This document shows, in pieces, positions 1 through 13,402 of a stretch of 64,000 nt of DNA. Below the pieces are notes generated by a model. That model saw only the letters and a list, made by a program, of their open reading frames with translations. It searched no databases and had not been told where the DNA came from. Source of the DNA: Eledone cirrhosa (taxonomy: Eukaryota); contig OZ024740.1 in assembly GCA_964016885.1 (NCBI GenBank), forward strand, positions 371,318,001 through 371,382,000, given 5' to 3'. Position numbers and translations under genes: made by a program. Each line of letters starts with the position of its first letter. Within the stretch, counting starts at the first letter, position 1.

Positions 1-19
1 TCATTTTTGCTGCCTGTAG

Positions 20-55
<36 letters not shown>

Positions 56-58
<3 letters not shown>

Positions 59-471
59 AAAAGCCGACCTTACCCAATTGCACCTCTCAAAGGCGATGAC
101 ACAGGACTGTGACCTCTGGCGTCACACAGTAATACAGAAGACCCTACTTCCCACAGGTACAAGTCGAAGCTGAAGCATATAGACAATATACCCCCACCCC
201 TTCCACTGCAAAGTGGTTGTGTAGGTGTCATGACAAAAAGCACCCAGCCGACACTGTAAAGTCGTCATGTAGGCGCCATGGAAAAAAAGCACCCAGCACT
301 CACTGTAAATGAGGTTGGTGTTAGGAAGGGCATCCAGCTGTATAAATCAAGCCAAAATCATTTTCCGTATGAGCAAGACAAGGTCAGTCGACCGGGCACT
401 GCCCACAACAGGACAACCCATCTAACCCATACTAGTGTGGAAGAATGGATGTAAAACGGTGATGATGATGA
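56..471 (+). mobile_element. 5'-truncated RTE-clade LINE 3' end (ORF tail, 3'UTR and (GAT)n tail)
   Basis: Begins with IKADLTQLHLSKAMTQDCDLWRHTVIQKT, the same C-terminus as the RTE RT fragments at 25.9 and 34.6 kb. Carries the GTTAGGAAGGGCATCCAGCTG motif and ends GATGATGATG. Confidence 0.75.
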
Positions 472-954
472 TATATATATATATGAATGAATAATCAAAT
501 TTAATGTAGAAATGGCTTTTTCAGGATGTATTGAGTACCTTACCTTTATAGTGATTACCCCCTATTGAACCCAGGACTCACACACACATATGTATGGTAA
601 AATTAAAATAAAATAAATAATATAAAAAATATCAAAGTATTAAAAAAATCTGCAAGTACATGCTCATTTATTGTGATCATATAACACAATGCAGTACCAT
701 TAATAAGATATGAACTGGCAACCTTTTTGATTATTACCTCCAACTTTACTAGCAATATGGCTATTTATTGCTGTCTTGAATGGAGCATTTCAATGGATAT
801 TCAAATTTGGGTTGGTCTCAAAGAAGCAATATTGGTTTATATGGACAAAGCCAAAGTGAAATGATGCAGATCAATAGATATTTTTTGTTTTCATCTTTTT
901 TTTTCTTTTTGACTGGCAGTCTAATCCAGCCCAAGATAAAACATCACTCATCTG

Positions 955-1243
955 CTAACCTGTTTGATACTAAACTGCATAAATCCACACCTGGTTCTTT
1001 GATACAAAGCTGTTTATTTAAAAGAATGTATATTTATCTAAAACCCTTCCATTATTTAATGTAAGAACCCTTGGCAAGTTATGTTTCAAACATCAGCTTA
1101 TTGAGAAAGTTATATATATATATATATTTATATATTACTTCTTTTACCATCCCCACTCCACCCCCAATCCTTGATTATTTCCAAAATGGTTTGAAGCACA
1201 TAGGCAATGTCTTTCATTAGAAATATGGTAATGAATGGGTTAA
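955..1243. mobile_element. Degenerate TTAA-type (piggyBac-like) MITE
   Basis: Ends GGGTTAA. Internal sequence resembles the copies at 12119-12375 and 21940-22160. Confidence 0.35.
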
Positions 1244-1544
1244 TATCATGTATACTTAGATATTATGTTCTAGATATGATTTTTATACTAGATATGATTT
1301 TTTCTTTTTAGATAACACATACACTAGACATGCAATGTTTGTCGAAAGTTATAGTACTTAGTTCTATAAAGTTTCTCATTGAATGAAAGACACAGTCAAA
1401 CTCCCCACCAATGTAATTTGAACTCAGAAGCTTTAAGTATTGATTGAAATATAAAATAGAACTTAATGTTCTTTTTTGGCAAGTTGCACATTCACATTCA
1501 AACATAAAAGCAAACATACAAATACACACATGTAATATATGTAC

Positions 1545-1549
1545 ATGTA

Positions 1550-1616
<67 letters not shown>

Positions 1617-1631
1617 ATATATATATATATG

Positions 1632-1680
<49 letters not shown>

Positions 1681-1950
1681 GTCTGTATGTATGTGTGTGT
1701 GTACACATAACATAGAAACATGCACACATACATATATGAATATACATGCAGACATACATTTTGTTAGAAACTACTGATATTTTCCTCTTAAAGTATCTAA
1801 TGTATGTATGTGTTACCATGTGCATATATATATGAGCATATGTATGATGTGTATATATATATATATATATACACATGTATAAATAATATATATATGTATA
1901 AATAAAAAAAATGTATATATATATAAATAAAAAAAAATATATATATATAT
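1545..1950. repeat. Compound (TG)n/(TA)n microsatellite
   Basis: Directly visible. It explains the [12 protein letters not shown] pseudo-ORFs here. Confidence 0.95.
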
Positions 1951-2726
1951 TACGCACATGCCCATACACACCTCTTTATATACATACACTCACAAACATT
2001 ATAGGACTTCAGATGTCTGTGTGTCTTTGCAAAAGTACACATTTACATCCACATTAAAATGTAGGGCATGTTTTTCTTTTCTTTTGCATTTTTTTTCTCT
2101 TCCTCCTACCACCACTACCACTGCAACTGCCACCATCATTGCAACTGCCACCACTACTGGCCACTGCCACCACCACTATCTCTTTGTTAATGGGTGATGA
2201 TTTGAAGAATGATTCTGAATCTGATGCAGTTTTGTGATTACAATGTTTTTTGATCTTTCCCTACACTGCCGGTGCCTGTTGCCCTCATTGTGCTTGTATT
2301 GCTGGTTGCTGGTATTGATTATTATTATTATTATTATTAATTTTATTATTATTTTTTTCTTCTCAAAGTGATTGTATCCAGAATTGAAGATTAGTTTCAC
2401 TTCTCTTGAAATCCTCTCTCTTCATCGTACCTTAAAAAAATTTTTTTTTTTTTACTTCTCACTAACTCTTTTCTTTATCTCTTTCCTTTCTCTATCTATC
2501 TCTCAAAGGAATGTTTAGTAATAATGCGTTGGCATATTATTATCAATTACAGTAACAGCTGTAAGGTGTCTTTGAACTTAATAGCCTTTAAATAGCATCA
2601 GAGGAGTTGGTCTTATTTGCTTCTGTCTGTGTTTCATTTGTCTGTCTTGGCCTGTTCTGCTTTACCACTTCTATTCTGCCATTCCACCGTTCTCAGAAGT
2701 ATGGTTAGATTCACTGTGATTCTCAG

Positions 2727-2770
2727 TTACATTCGCAGTGATTCGCAGCTAAATTGGAGTGGTGTTATGT
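2727..2770 (-). CDS. Tentative last coding exon of a small minus-strand gene (NITPLQFSCESLRM*)
   Basis: Strong acceptor ttttatctcatttcattttatttag at 2771. The phase-1 frame continues the candidate exon 10531-10629. No recognisable homology. Confidence 0.3.
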
Positions 2771-2887
2771 CTAAATAAAATGAAATGAGATAAAATAATC
2801 TAATTGGTTTGAATTAGTCTAGTTTTGTTTGTCTCTTTGACATTTTAAATGATGATTGTGCAATTTATGTACACACACATACTGTAT

Positions 2888-3266
2888 GTCATCATCACCG
2901 TTTTACGTCCGTTCTTCCACACTAGCATGGGTTAGACGGGTTGTCCTGTTGTGGGCAGTGTCTGGTCGGCTGACCATGCCTTGCTCATACAGGAACTGAT
3001 TTGGCTTGATTTCTACAGCTGGATGCCCTTCCTAGCACCAACCTCATTTACAGTGAGTGCTGGGTGCTTTTTCGTGGCGCCTACACGTCCACTTTACAGT
3101 GTGGGCTGGGTGCTTTTTTGCCGTGGCACCTCCACGACTACCTTGCGGTGGGGTGTGTGGGGGCATATTGTCTATATGCTTCAGCTTGTACCCATGGGAG
3201 GTCGGGTACTCTGTATTACTGCGTGACGCCAGAAGTCACGGTCGTGTGTCATCGCCTTTGAGAGGT
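2888..3266 (-). mobile_element. RTE LINE 3' end
   Basis: Reverse-complement match to 56-471, with a (GAT)n tail near 2890. Confidence 0.75.
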
Positions 3267-3271
3267 GTGTA

Positions 3272-3308
<37 letters not shown>

Positions 3309-3621
3309 TACACTTATACATGTATATTACATATGCATATATTTATCACCGTCTTTCTCACCTGACATATGTGTGTATGTATTTATGTCTGTCTGTCTGT
3401 TGGTCTATGTAAGTATGTATGTAAAGAACGAATTAGGAAATACAAAACAAAAACAAAACTCTTTAATAGAAATGATCCAGTCATGTTTTCAATATAACAA
3501 GTTTGAAACAAAGCTGCCCTCTACTTATAGATACATACACACCGCATGCATATATATATATATATACATATATATATTTCTTCCTCTCATGACTCTTTAC
3601 TCTCTACTATTTCGAACTCTA

Positions 3622-3657
3622 TCTTCTGATGAAGGATTAGTGTCTGAAACATTTAGA
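3622..3657 (+). ncRNA. Degenerate minimal hammerhead ribozyme motif (Penelope pLTR type)
   Basis: TCTT-CTGATGA-AGGAT tagt GTCT-GAAAC-ATT-TAGA. P3 is apparently CpG-decayed from ACGT. A sister copy lies at 34484-34519. Confidence 0.4.
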
Positions 3658-4691
3658 CTGCCTTCCTACTATTTCAAGCATTAAACTAATATATTTCTTC
3701 ATGTAGTGTGCCGTTTGTTTTGTTATTTTTGTTATCATCATCATCATCATCACCGTTTTACGTCCGTTCTTCCACGCTAGCATGGGTTATATATATATAT
3801 ATCACTATGACCACAGAAGAAGTATATGCCTGACAATCATGAGAAAGATGCCCAGCTGGGTGTCTCCATGTCTAGAGTTTCCATTTTGGTATCTAGAAAA
3901 TGGTATTTTTGGCTACAAGATTATCTAGAAATATGCTGTTTCTGTTAGTAATGCTGAGAAAAGTCCAGAGCATCTGGACTTGTATGAAAGCATGTTTTCT
4001 GTCAACCAAGTTGAATTGTTGATGTTGTTTAGCCCCAGGTAGAAACTGATTAAGTAAGCCTGTGATCAAAGGCACACCAGATGTGAGTTTCTCATAATTT
4101 TCCTAACATAGTGTAGACATACACTATCTAATATGTTTTTCCTTTTTTAACAATATGATGCAATTTGAGGGAGATTTGGCTACTCTTTCTCACTTTAACT
4201 AATATGAACCAGACTTATATGTTCAAGATTTTAAACTTATGGTCATGTAATCAGATATCTAGTATATCTTACAACATGTACCATATATTAGTATTAGCAA
4301 AATACCTATCACTAACATGTGTTCCATATATTATTACCAATCAATGATATGTGTCATATATCAGTACTAGCATAGTATCTATTAGTAACATATTTACCAT
4401 ATATAATTACTGACATAGTACCCACCAATAACATATCAGTACTAGTATAATACTTAACACAACGTTTTATTAATAAGAATTTTAAAAAATCATAAACAAA
4501 TCTATTTCAAATAATAACAACACTACAGATATTTAAAAATGGAAAATGAAGGGAAGGGCAAGGGCTCTGAGGTCACAGAAGAATGGGAGGGGGAAGAGGG
4601 AGGGTGATGGGCTCTGGGCCTAGAGGGCTGTGGTCTGCCGACAAGACCACCATAGCATTTCCACAATACTCATCGACATGTGTACCATATA

Positions 4692-4770
4692 TTGGGTCGT
4701 CAAGTACGAAATTTGTAGAAATGTGTTTTTTTTCTAGAAATTTCTAGAAATTTCATACTTGACGACCCAA
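4692..4770. mobile_element. 79-bp Tc1/mariner-type MITE
   Basis: TIR TTGGGTCGTCAAGTAYGAAATTTSTAGAAA at both ends, with TA on each flank. Confidence 0.7.
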
Positions 4771-5527
4771 TACATCACTATCAAAAGTCACTGACTTTAT
4801 TCTTGCCGCCTCTCAGTAATTCTTATTGATTATGTTTTAAGCCTTGCTCCATTTTCTTCCTATATTTCAGTCTATCTTCTTTCAGTTATCATTATTCATT
4901 TCACCACCACTTACTCTCCTTCATTAGTCTCACTTCAAACATTACTGGCCTTTTATTCCTCCAGAGATTGAGGAAATTAAATAAGTCCTAGTTATGTATG
5001 TGGGTTGATTAAGTCAACAATGCCCTCCCCACAAAATCTGTGCTTATATCTGCATTTGAAACTATCTATTAAAAGAACAAGATGACAGAAATTGAATTGA
5101 TTTAAATTAAATATGTGGTTTTATCCTGCTGCACTCTGAAATTAAAATTCCACCATGATCATTTTTACCATTCAGTCTCTCCAAGGTTGATAAAGTAGCT
5201 ACTTACTTTATTGAGACAGATTTAGTCAGCTGAATCATCTTTGGTTGTTTCAAAAAAATAAATTCCTCTTTTACAAATTTGTGCTTCTTCCAATCAAAGA
5301 GGTCATTATTTCAACTGTATAACCACTGTACACAGCTTTGTTCATACTTTGTCATGTATGTGTCATCTAAATGAATAATATGTGTATGCTGTAATCTGTA
5401 ATCATTAATACTGTATGCAGTGATTTCTACATTACAAAACAAACAACACAAACATATACAAATGTATACATACTTAGTGTAAGATAACTTTCATGGTATA
5501 AAATACCTTACAGAGTAACAAGATAAC

Positions 5528-6053
5528 ATACATAGTAATTGCTTATTTTCACATCTGTTATCATTAATGCTAGGGTGGATACTCAAAACTTGGCCAAAAT
5601 AATTTATTTAACCGTAAGAAATGCTTTGGGATAATTTTTGAAGTAGAAAATATATTTTCTGGCCACCTACTTACCTCTAATTTCATGTTCACTGTGACTT
5701 GCCATCATGCTGGAAGATAGTGAATTTATGAAAGAGCTAGTGTTGTTGTGGATGATAATTGAAATAATTTCAATATCCCCCATATGCATACCTATTACCA
5801 CCATCTCAACCACCAACATCTCTAATAGCTTGCTCCCTTGTAGATTCAATGTTTTCCAGCATTATAGCCATTCACAGAAAACCTGATATTAGAGGTAAGT
5901 AGATGGCCAAAATATATATTTTCGACAACAGCAATTATCTTAAATCATTCCTTATGGCTGAATCAGATATTTTGGAAAATCATGTGTTTGTTTCTATAAA
6001 TCCATCCCAGAGCATTAATAATAACAGTGGTGAAAAATAAACAATTACTATGT
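5528..6053. repeat. Old, diverged long inverted repeat (arms about 220 bp)
   Basis: acatagtaattg...ggccacctacttacctctaat pairs with attagaggtaagtagatggcc...caattactatgt. Confidence 0.65.
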
Positions 6054-6519
6054 TAAAGTTTGTGATTTTGGATAAGTTTGTATGCTGCAAGGAGAAGAAA
6101 AATCTGATGTTTAGGAACTAACTCTTTGTCTGAGAGAGAAGACAAACAAATTTCTTTCTCAGACAAAAGGCTAGTCCTGAAACATAAGATTACCCCAATT
6201 CTCTCCACAGCATACAACTTATATAAACTCATGAATAATTTTTTAGTTTTTGCCAATGCACCAGCTTCCTCAAATTATGATTATTTAAAAAAAACTTAAT
6301 TATCATATTAGATATCTTAATGTATATGTTTGTATTGTATATTTTGTAATGCTAGTATTTCATGAAACATGTGTACTATATCTAACAATGCATTTTTTAT
6401 TAGTGCATTGCTGTGTAATCTTGAAAGTCCTGTTATTTTGTAAACTAATGCATTTTTGTTTAGTTTTTAAATTTTTCTTCTATCTTCTGTGCAGATAGCC
6501 ATTGCTTTTAGGTTTTCAA

Positions 6520-6790
6520 TCTTTCACTCATTTTGTATATATTTCTTCTTTTTTATATACATTGAACATTTTTCCAGTTTGTTCAAAGAGTTATTTTCAT
6601 CTGCTAGGATTGAAACTTCTATAAGTAGGCACATATTTTCTATATGATCTTTAACAATTATGTCTGAGCATTTGAACTTTATCTTTTTGTCAGTATGTAC
6701 AAGAATATCTCTTGCTCTTTGTAGCTCTTGCATTTTCAAAAACTTTGAGGTGTGTAACTTGCAACATTGTGTGATCTGTTTTCTATAATG
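6520..6790 (-). pseudogene. Decayed restriction-like endonuclease domain of an R4/Dong-type LINE
   Basis: DILVHTDKKIKFKCSDIIVKDHIENMCLLIEVSILADENNSLNKLEK resembles the WD..IHTD..I..NRPDI......C.LIDVS.P...N...KE.EK pattern. Confidence 0.55.
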
Positions 6791-6994
6791 ATATCATAGT
6801 TGTACTATATTTTTCAGTGCACACAGCTTATCAATTTTATTTTGATTTATATTTAGTTTTGGCTGAGATTGCATACACAACATGAGATAAAGTAGTCACT
6901 TGTCATTTTGCTGTCCCTGTATAGTCACTGCAGTCACTGTAGATATCATTTTAAAAAGTTTTTTGTTGAACAATTGGCTTTGTTTTTCTTGTAT

Positions 6995-7625
6995 AACTTC
7001 AGGTCAGCCCTGCCCAAACAGACCTAGGATCAAAGGTCATCATGTTTTCCTTTACATACTGTGTACCCAGACATTATTATCTAATGCCCCCCCCCCCCCG
7101 CTACATTTAAATATGGCAGGTGTGGTTTGAAAGAGATTTAACTGCTATTTATAGCACGTTGAGCAGCCACATAAAGGATTTCTCATTTTCTCATCTTATT
7201 ATTTAGTCATTTTATTATTTGCTCTTATTGTGTAGCCCCAGATGAGCCCTTGTCAAGCAGACATATGATGAAAGGTATTCTAGCCATAGGCATCCTTTCT
7301 TTTTCTTCAGGTATAATGTATTCAGATTATATCATCTAATAACCTTCCTTTTAAAAAAATGGTTGGATGTGCTTTGAAGCAGATTTTGTCATGAAAAGGC
7401 ACTTTCATTAGCTTGTCTTATTAATTGTTATTGTCATTGAACTTTAAGTTTACCCTGATTAAGCAGATCTATGATCAAGAGCATTTCGGTCATGGCCATC
7501 CCAATATTAGGCATAGTATACCTTAGATAACATTACCCAATGTGTCTATTTTTAGTGTGATAGTGTGATGAGGGAATTTAGCTGCTAATTCTAGCAGAAC
7601 AAGTGGCCATGTAGTGGCTTCCTCA
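6995..7625 (+). repeat. Three diverged tandem copies of a roughly 200-230 bp interspersed repeat (another copy at about 4030-4200)
   Basis: Recurring block caggtcagccctg..caagcagacctatgatcaaagg...gagggagatttggctgctatttctagc. Confidence 0.5.
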
Positions 7626-8783
7626 GTGAAGGAAAGTGTTTGGAGACTTGAGAAAAGGGGGAAACAACCAGGGATAATAAAAATAAGAAGGGGCAAAAAT
7701 GAAAGAATAAGCTCAGTTAAAGGTGGATGCTGTAAATCTCCTACAAATTACCACATAACAACTGGTGTTCATGTATTTTATGATTGTCTATGTGGATAAG
7801 AGCTCATGAATCTGCCGATTAACCTAAAAGAGAAATAGAAAGGTACTGTGCTAATTGAAGAGGAGATAGTAGTCAAATAGACCAAGTCCTCTAAAATAGT
7901 AGACTGTTAAGAAAAACTGCAGCAACAGTATATCTAAAGGTAAGGATGCACTCCACAGAAGATGTCTGACTCTTTAGGACTTGGCTGAGGCCAGCGCTGC
8001 TCATAGGCTATTTTGAGAAACCTAGTTTGCAGGATTTGGGTTCGTAAGAGAAAGTGTTCCACATCCACCCAAAAACCTATGGAGTTCTCTCAATGTTAGA
8101 AGTATTTATCATTAAGACTTCTTGTTTATGTATCTATTTATTGTTCATCGTCACATTATCATCATTGTTTAACACCTGTTTTCCTTGTTAGCAAGGATTG
8201 GACATGCTGTCATAGACTGGTCATAACTCAAATGGAGCTTCTGATCTTCAGGTGGGCCCTCGACCCGACATGATCCCATGCTCTTTTGAGTGCATTTTAT
8301 CATGGCACTAATACTAGGGAAGTTGTTTGGCAGGTTTTCTATGACTAGATGCCCTCTTACCAATCACAATCAAGTATAAAAGGGTAAAACAATGTCAACC
8401 ATTTTCAATTTCCTATCCTCACCATTATATATACACATATAAATATTTATACATATATATACATATAAACATAATATGTATACATTTATATGTGCATTGT
8501 GTATGATGAAACATTGAGTCAAACATTACAAAAAGTTGCAACTTAATGTTACTCTATCTCTTCTCAGAGCTTCTCACCACCAAACCAGCACCAGCAGCAT
8601 CACCCCAACCAAAATCACCACTACTACTACCACCGCCATCATTACCACTACTACTTCTAATAAATCCTTTTGCATTATCCCAACAATTATAAAATATACA
8701 AATACATTTGCGCTGAAGTTAAACAATTTTTCATTTAGTAAAAAAGAAAGGCAACAACACAAAGTGCTAATAACATCAACAAT

Positions 8784-8824
<41 letters not shown>

Positions 8825-9039
8825 CAATTATAGTTTTTTAATAATAATAATAATAAATACAACAACAATAATAATGATAATAATTTATAAAGAAACAATA
8901 TAAAAACAAATGAAATTAAGGATTTTTCTCCAGTAAATCAAATTTATTCTGATTAGAAATGAAATGAAATATGAAAAATAAATTATAAAGTTAAAGCGAA
9001 AAAATAAAAGTAACGATATTAAGAAAAGAGTAGGAGAAT

Positions 9040-10460
9040 AAAGTGATGCTTCTGATGATGATAATGGCAGTGGTGGTGGTAGTGGTGGAGATGGTAGTGG
9101 TGGTGGTGGTGGAGATGGTGGTGGTGGTTGTGGAGATGGTAGTGGTGGAGATAGTGGTGGTGGAGATGGTGGTGGTGGTGGTAGTGGTAGTGGTGTATAT
9201 GGTAGTGGTGGTGGTAGTGGTGGTGGTATTAGTGGAGATAGTAGTGGTGGTGGTGGAGACGGTGGTGGTGGTGGTGGTGGTGGTGGTGGAGGTGGTGGTG
9301 GAATTAGTGGAGATGGTAGTGGTGGAAGAGGTAGTGGTGGTGGTGGTGATGGTGGTGGATGTGGTATTAGTGGAGATGGTAGTGGTGGTGGTATTAGTGG
9401 AGATGATGGTGGTGGAAGAGGTAGTGGTGGTAGTATTGGTTGTGGTATTAGTGGGGATGGTTGTTGTGGTGGTATTAGTGGAGATGGTAGTGGTGGTGGT
9501 ATTAGTGGAGATGGTAGTGGAGGTGATAGTGGTGGTGGTATTAGTGGAGATGGTAGTGGTGGGAGAGGTGGTAGTGATGGTGGTATTAGTGGAGGTGTTA
9601 GTGGTGGTGGTATTAGTGGAGATGGTAGTGGTGGTGGTATTAGTGGAGATGGTAGTGGTGGTAGTATTAGTGGCGATAGTAGTAGTGGAAGAGGTGGTAG
9701 TGTTGGTGGTGATGGAAGTAGAGAAAGAGGTGTTGGTGAAGGTGGTAGTGGTGGTAATTGTAGTGTTGATGTTGATATTCATGATGATGGTGATGGTGGT
9801 GATAGAAATGGTGTTGATGGTGGTGATTGTTGTGGTGATGTTGGTATTAGTAACAGTAGTGATGGTGGTGGTGGGGGTAATGATGTTGGTATTGATGATA
9901 ATGGTGATGAAAGTAATAGTAGTGTTGGTGGTGGTGGTATTGATATTGGTGGTTGTGATGTTGGGGTTTGTGGTAATGGTGGTGGTGGTGATGGTTATAG
10001 TGGTGGTTGAAGTAGTTGTAGTAGTAGTAGTGGTGGCGGTGGTGGCGAAGATGTCGGTATTGATGATAGTAATGATAGTGGTGGTGGTATTGGTATTGGT
10101 TGTAGTGATAGTAGTGGTAGTGGTGGTTTAGTTGTGGTGGTGGTGGTTGAAGTAGTAGTGGTGGCGAAGATGTCGGTATTGATGATAGTAATGATAGTGG
10201 TGGTGGTATTGGTATTGGTTGTAGTGGTAGTAGTGGTAGTGGTGGTTTAGTTGTGGTGGTGGTGGTTGAAGTAGTAGTGGTGGCGAAGATGTCGGTATTG
10301 ATGATAGTAATGATAGTGGTGGTGGTATTGGTATTGGTTGTAGTGATACTAAATGATAGTAGTGGTGGCAGTAATGGTATTAGTATTGATGCTGATGCTA
10401 CTGATGATGATGATGATGATGATGATAGTAGTTGTAGTTGTGGAAATGGTAGTGTTATGA
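9040..10460. repeat. (GGT/GTA/GAT)n low-complexity tract with 27-bp and about 120-bp higher-order repeats
   Basis: Unit gtagtggtggtggtattagtggagatg recurs, and there are three copies of ggtggcgaagatgtcggtattgatgatagtaatg at 10.0-10.35 kb. Confidence 0.9.
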
Positions 10461-10530
10461 TGGCGTAAGGGTTACAGGTTATGAATAGCATTTAATGAGG
10501 TAATTTTTATTTCTCATACTGATTAATTAC

Positions 10531-10629
10531 TTGCTGTTGTCGATGACTGCTTGATAGGCTCTCTAATAGCTGCCATGCTAAATAACCTGTTCAGGTTACT
10601 GTAATTCAGAGGTTGTCCTCTCTGATTTG
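10531..10629 (-). CDS. Tentative 99-bp phase-1/1 exon (NQRGQPLNYSNLNRLFSMAAIREPIKQSSTTA)
   Basis: Complex-sequence island between two microsatellite tracts. Acceptor cacag (weak pyrimidine tract), donor GTAATT, open frame. Confidence 0.35.
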
Positions 10630-10631
10630 CT

Positions 10632-11090
10632 GTGATCATCATCATCATCAGCAGCAGCAGCAACAGCATTATCATCATCATCATCCTCATCATCACTACC
10701 ATTATCATCGTCACTATTACCACCACCACTATTACACCCACCCATCACCATCACCATCATCAATATCATCAGCATTATCATCATCAGCAGCACCATCCTC
10801 ATCATCATTACCATCAACATTGTCACTATCACCACCACCACTATTCACCCCCCCACCACTATTAGACCCTCCCACCTTCATCATCATCATCATCAGCAGC
10901 AACAAGTCCATCATTACCATTATCATTGTCACTATCACCACTACAACCATGAACTCCTCCCTACCATCATTATTACCATCATCATTATCATCATCATTGT
11001 CACTATCACCACCATCACTATTACACCCTCCCATCATCATCATGGTAATGGTGGAAGCAGTAATGGCACTGATAATACTTACTATAATTA
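10632..11090. repeat. (CAT/CAC)n low-complexity tract
   Basis: Directly visible. Confidence 0.9.
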
Positions 11091-11601
11091 TCATCTTTAG
11101 AACTATTTCCCCACTGTGAATTTGCTGTGTTGTTAAAGTGTCAGGGAGAATAACTAATTTTGTTTTTCATTCTGTATATATATATATGTGTGTATGTGTG
11201 TGTGGTAATGGTTGAGGTCAGTAAATAAAGGCAGTGGATTTACAGAATTGTTAGGATGCCAGATGATTTACTGCAGCTCTGCATTTTGAGTTTAAATTCT
11301 GCCTAGGGATTCAAATCCCCATGGTTTCTTGGGCGAATCACCCCAATGACGGTACTACAATTGATTATAAAAACTGCATTCAGTTGAGGAGGATTGTGGC
11401 CCTGTGTTGTTGCAGTCAAATGATGATGATGATGATGTCCCACCAAATGCTATTATTAAATATATTACCAGATTTGTGGCTCGGTCTCATCCTGTTGCAG
11501 GTTGAAGTTCCTAAATGTAATAATTGTTTCTACTTTAGGCACAAGGCCAGCAAAAACCTAAATGTAATAATAAATTCTATTCTAATAGTTTCTTCCCTCA
11601 C

Positions 11602-11648
11602 ATATCTGGCCTATGGAAATCTCTTTCAGGTCCTTGTTCTCCTCATAA
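11602..11648 (-). CDS. Tentative 47-bp phase-2/1 exon (YEENKDLKEISIGQI)
   Basis: Acceptor tttttaatttttgcaaattccag and donor GTGAGG. Phases join the candidate exons at 12799 and 10629. Confidence 0.35.
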
Positions 11649-12118
11649 CTGGAATTTGCAAAAATTAAAAAGCAATAATCGTTGTCATCTCTCTCCTTGA
11701 ATTTTCTTCTCTGTCTTTTACTTTTTCCATTTTTGGTAACCTCTTGCATTTTAGTGGCTTTCTTTATTGCCTTGCTTGGTGTTATATAAAATTATCATTA
11801 TTATTATTATTTTTAGTAGATTAGATTGTTTGAGCATTGGGCAAAATATCTTGCAGTATTAACTTACATTCTTTACGTTCTGAGTTCAACTTTGCCTTTC
11901 ATCTTACCTGGGACTGAGAAAAATGAAGTACCAGTCAAATGCTGGGAGTTATTGAATTAAATGTCACCCTGCCTCAAAATAGGGAGGGAGGCAATACATT
12001 AACTCTGGATAAAAGAAAAGGATAAATTTGAACTAGAAGAACAAAACTAAATGATTTAGCAAATTCAATCTAGTAATCTGCTATCTCTGACAACACACCT
12101 GTTCAATCACTCACTTAA

Positions 12119-12375
12119 CTCTTTCATTATCATATTTTTAATGAAAGACTACTTATGTTTATTTAATCTGAAAATAATGAAGAATTTGGAGAGATTTAGT
12201 AATATAGATGTTTTCACTATTAAGCTAGTGTTTCTTACAAAAAATTGCAATGGATGGTTCTTATAAAGGTTCTTACGTAAAATTATGTTTAGAAGGATTT
12301 TTGATAAATATATTAAAGCTAATTGTTTTATATCATAGAACCAGAGGTGGTTTCAGTTGATTTCCTATCAAAGGG
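12119..12375. mobile_element. TTAA-flanked (piggyBac-like) MITE
   Basis: TTAA|CTCTTT ... AAAGGG|TTAA. Related copies at about 955, 21940 and 25612. Confidence 0.5.
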
Positions 12376-12798
12376 TTAAAGCAAAAAGAGAGGAAATGAC
12401 CCTACATGTCTGTCACACCTGTTGGATTTGTTAACTTAAGGAGTCACTATATGACATTAAAGAACACCTCTTCCCATGGGAGTTTGTACGTGAGCTGAAT
12501 GGTTGGGCATTAAAGCTAGCAATCTAACTCTGTAGAGAAAGGAAAAGTAATGGCTCCATGTCCCAACTACATGAATGACAACTATGTGAAATTCAAAGAG
12601 TTGGCATATAGTAGGAACCCACACTTAGATGAAAGTTCTGACATAGGGGTGGGTGGCACTAGGTTAGACAATAAATAATATAACACTTTATGCTAGATTG
12701 GTGTGTGAAACAATAAAACAAAGGTGAAAAATCAAAAACAAGCCAAACAGCAATAAACAAAATAGCTTTTAATACATAATGTTCTTCCGCTTACTCAC

Positions 12799-12893
12799 CG
12801 TTTAGCATTGCTTTCTTCATTTCTATCCTCTTGACCAGTCTTCCATGCTAAAGACTGACTACATTTCTGCATCACAACGCCTTTTCTCTCCAT
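12799..12893 (-). CDS. Tentative first coding exon portion (MERKGVVMQKCSQSLAWKTGQEDRNEESNAK); whole exon 12799-12979
   Basis: Consensus donor CG|GTGAGT at 12798, acceptor ...attccatag at 12980 with a T-rich tract, and in-frame stops upstream of the ATG. Confidence 0.35.
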
Positions 12894-13331
12894 CCCTCTT
12901 CTTGTCTGTCATCATTCTCACTGTCTCTCTTTCTCTTCCACTCCGTTAAGTAAATTTCTCCAGACTAATGTACAGCACTCTATGGAATCATTTTAAACAA
13001 ATAGAAAACACAAAAATACAAAAAAAAAGTAAAAGTAAATAACAGATGCATTAGTTTTTTAATGATCCAAATCATAATAAAAAAAGTTTTTGTTTGCTTG
13101 TTAATGAGATTTTATTATTTGTATCTTTTATTTGTTTGTTTTATGAATTATATTTATTTATTAAAGCATATTAAAAAGTGTGTTTCCTCATATTACTATT
13201 AGTTGGGAGACACTGCTGGTGATGCTGTTCTCTTTAAAAACATGTTGATATCTACAAATGTTAGGAAGTAGGCATATACAAAAAGTAGTTTCAGTCTGAG
13301 AGACATCGTTAAACATATTTTTTGTTGTTTC

Positions 13332-13332
<1 letters not shown>

Positions 13333-13402
<70 letters not shown>

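Noticed and set aside
8991-10491. Mucin-like Thr-rich ORF (-) and poly-Val ORF (+)
   Set aside because: Trinucleotide low-complexity DNA is open on both strands by construction. There is no signal peptide, domain or convincing splice context.
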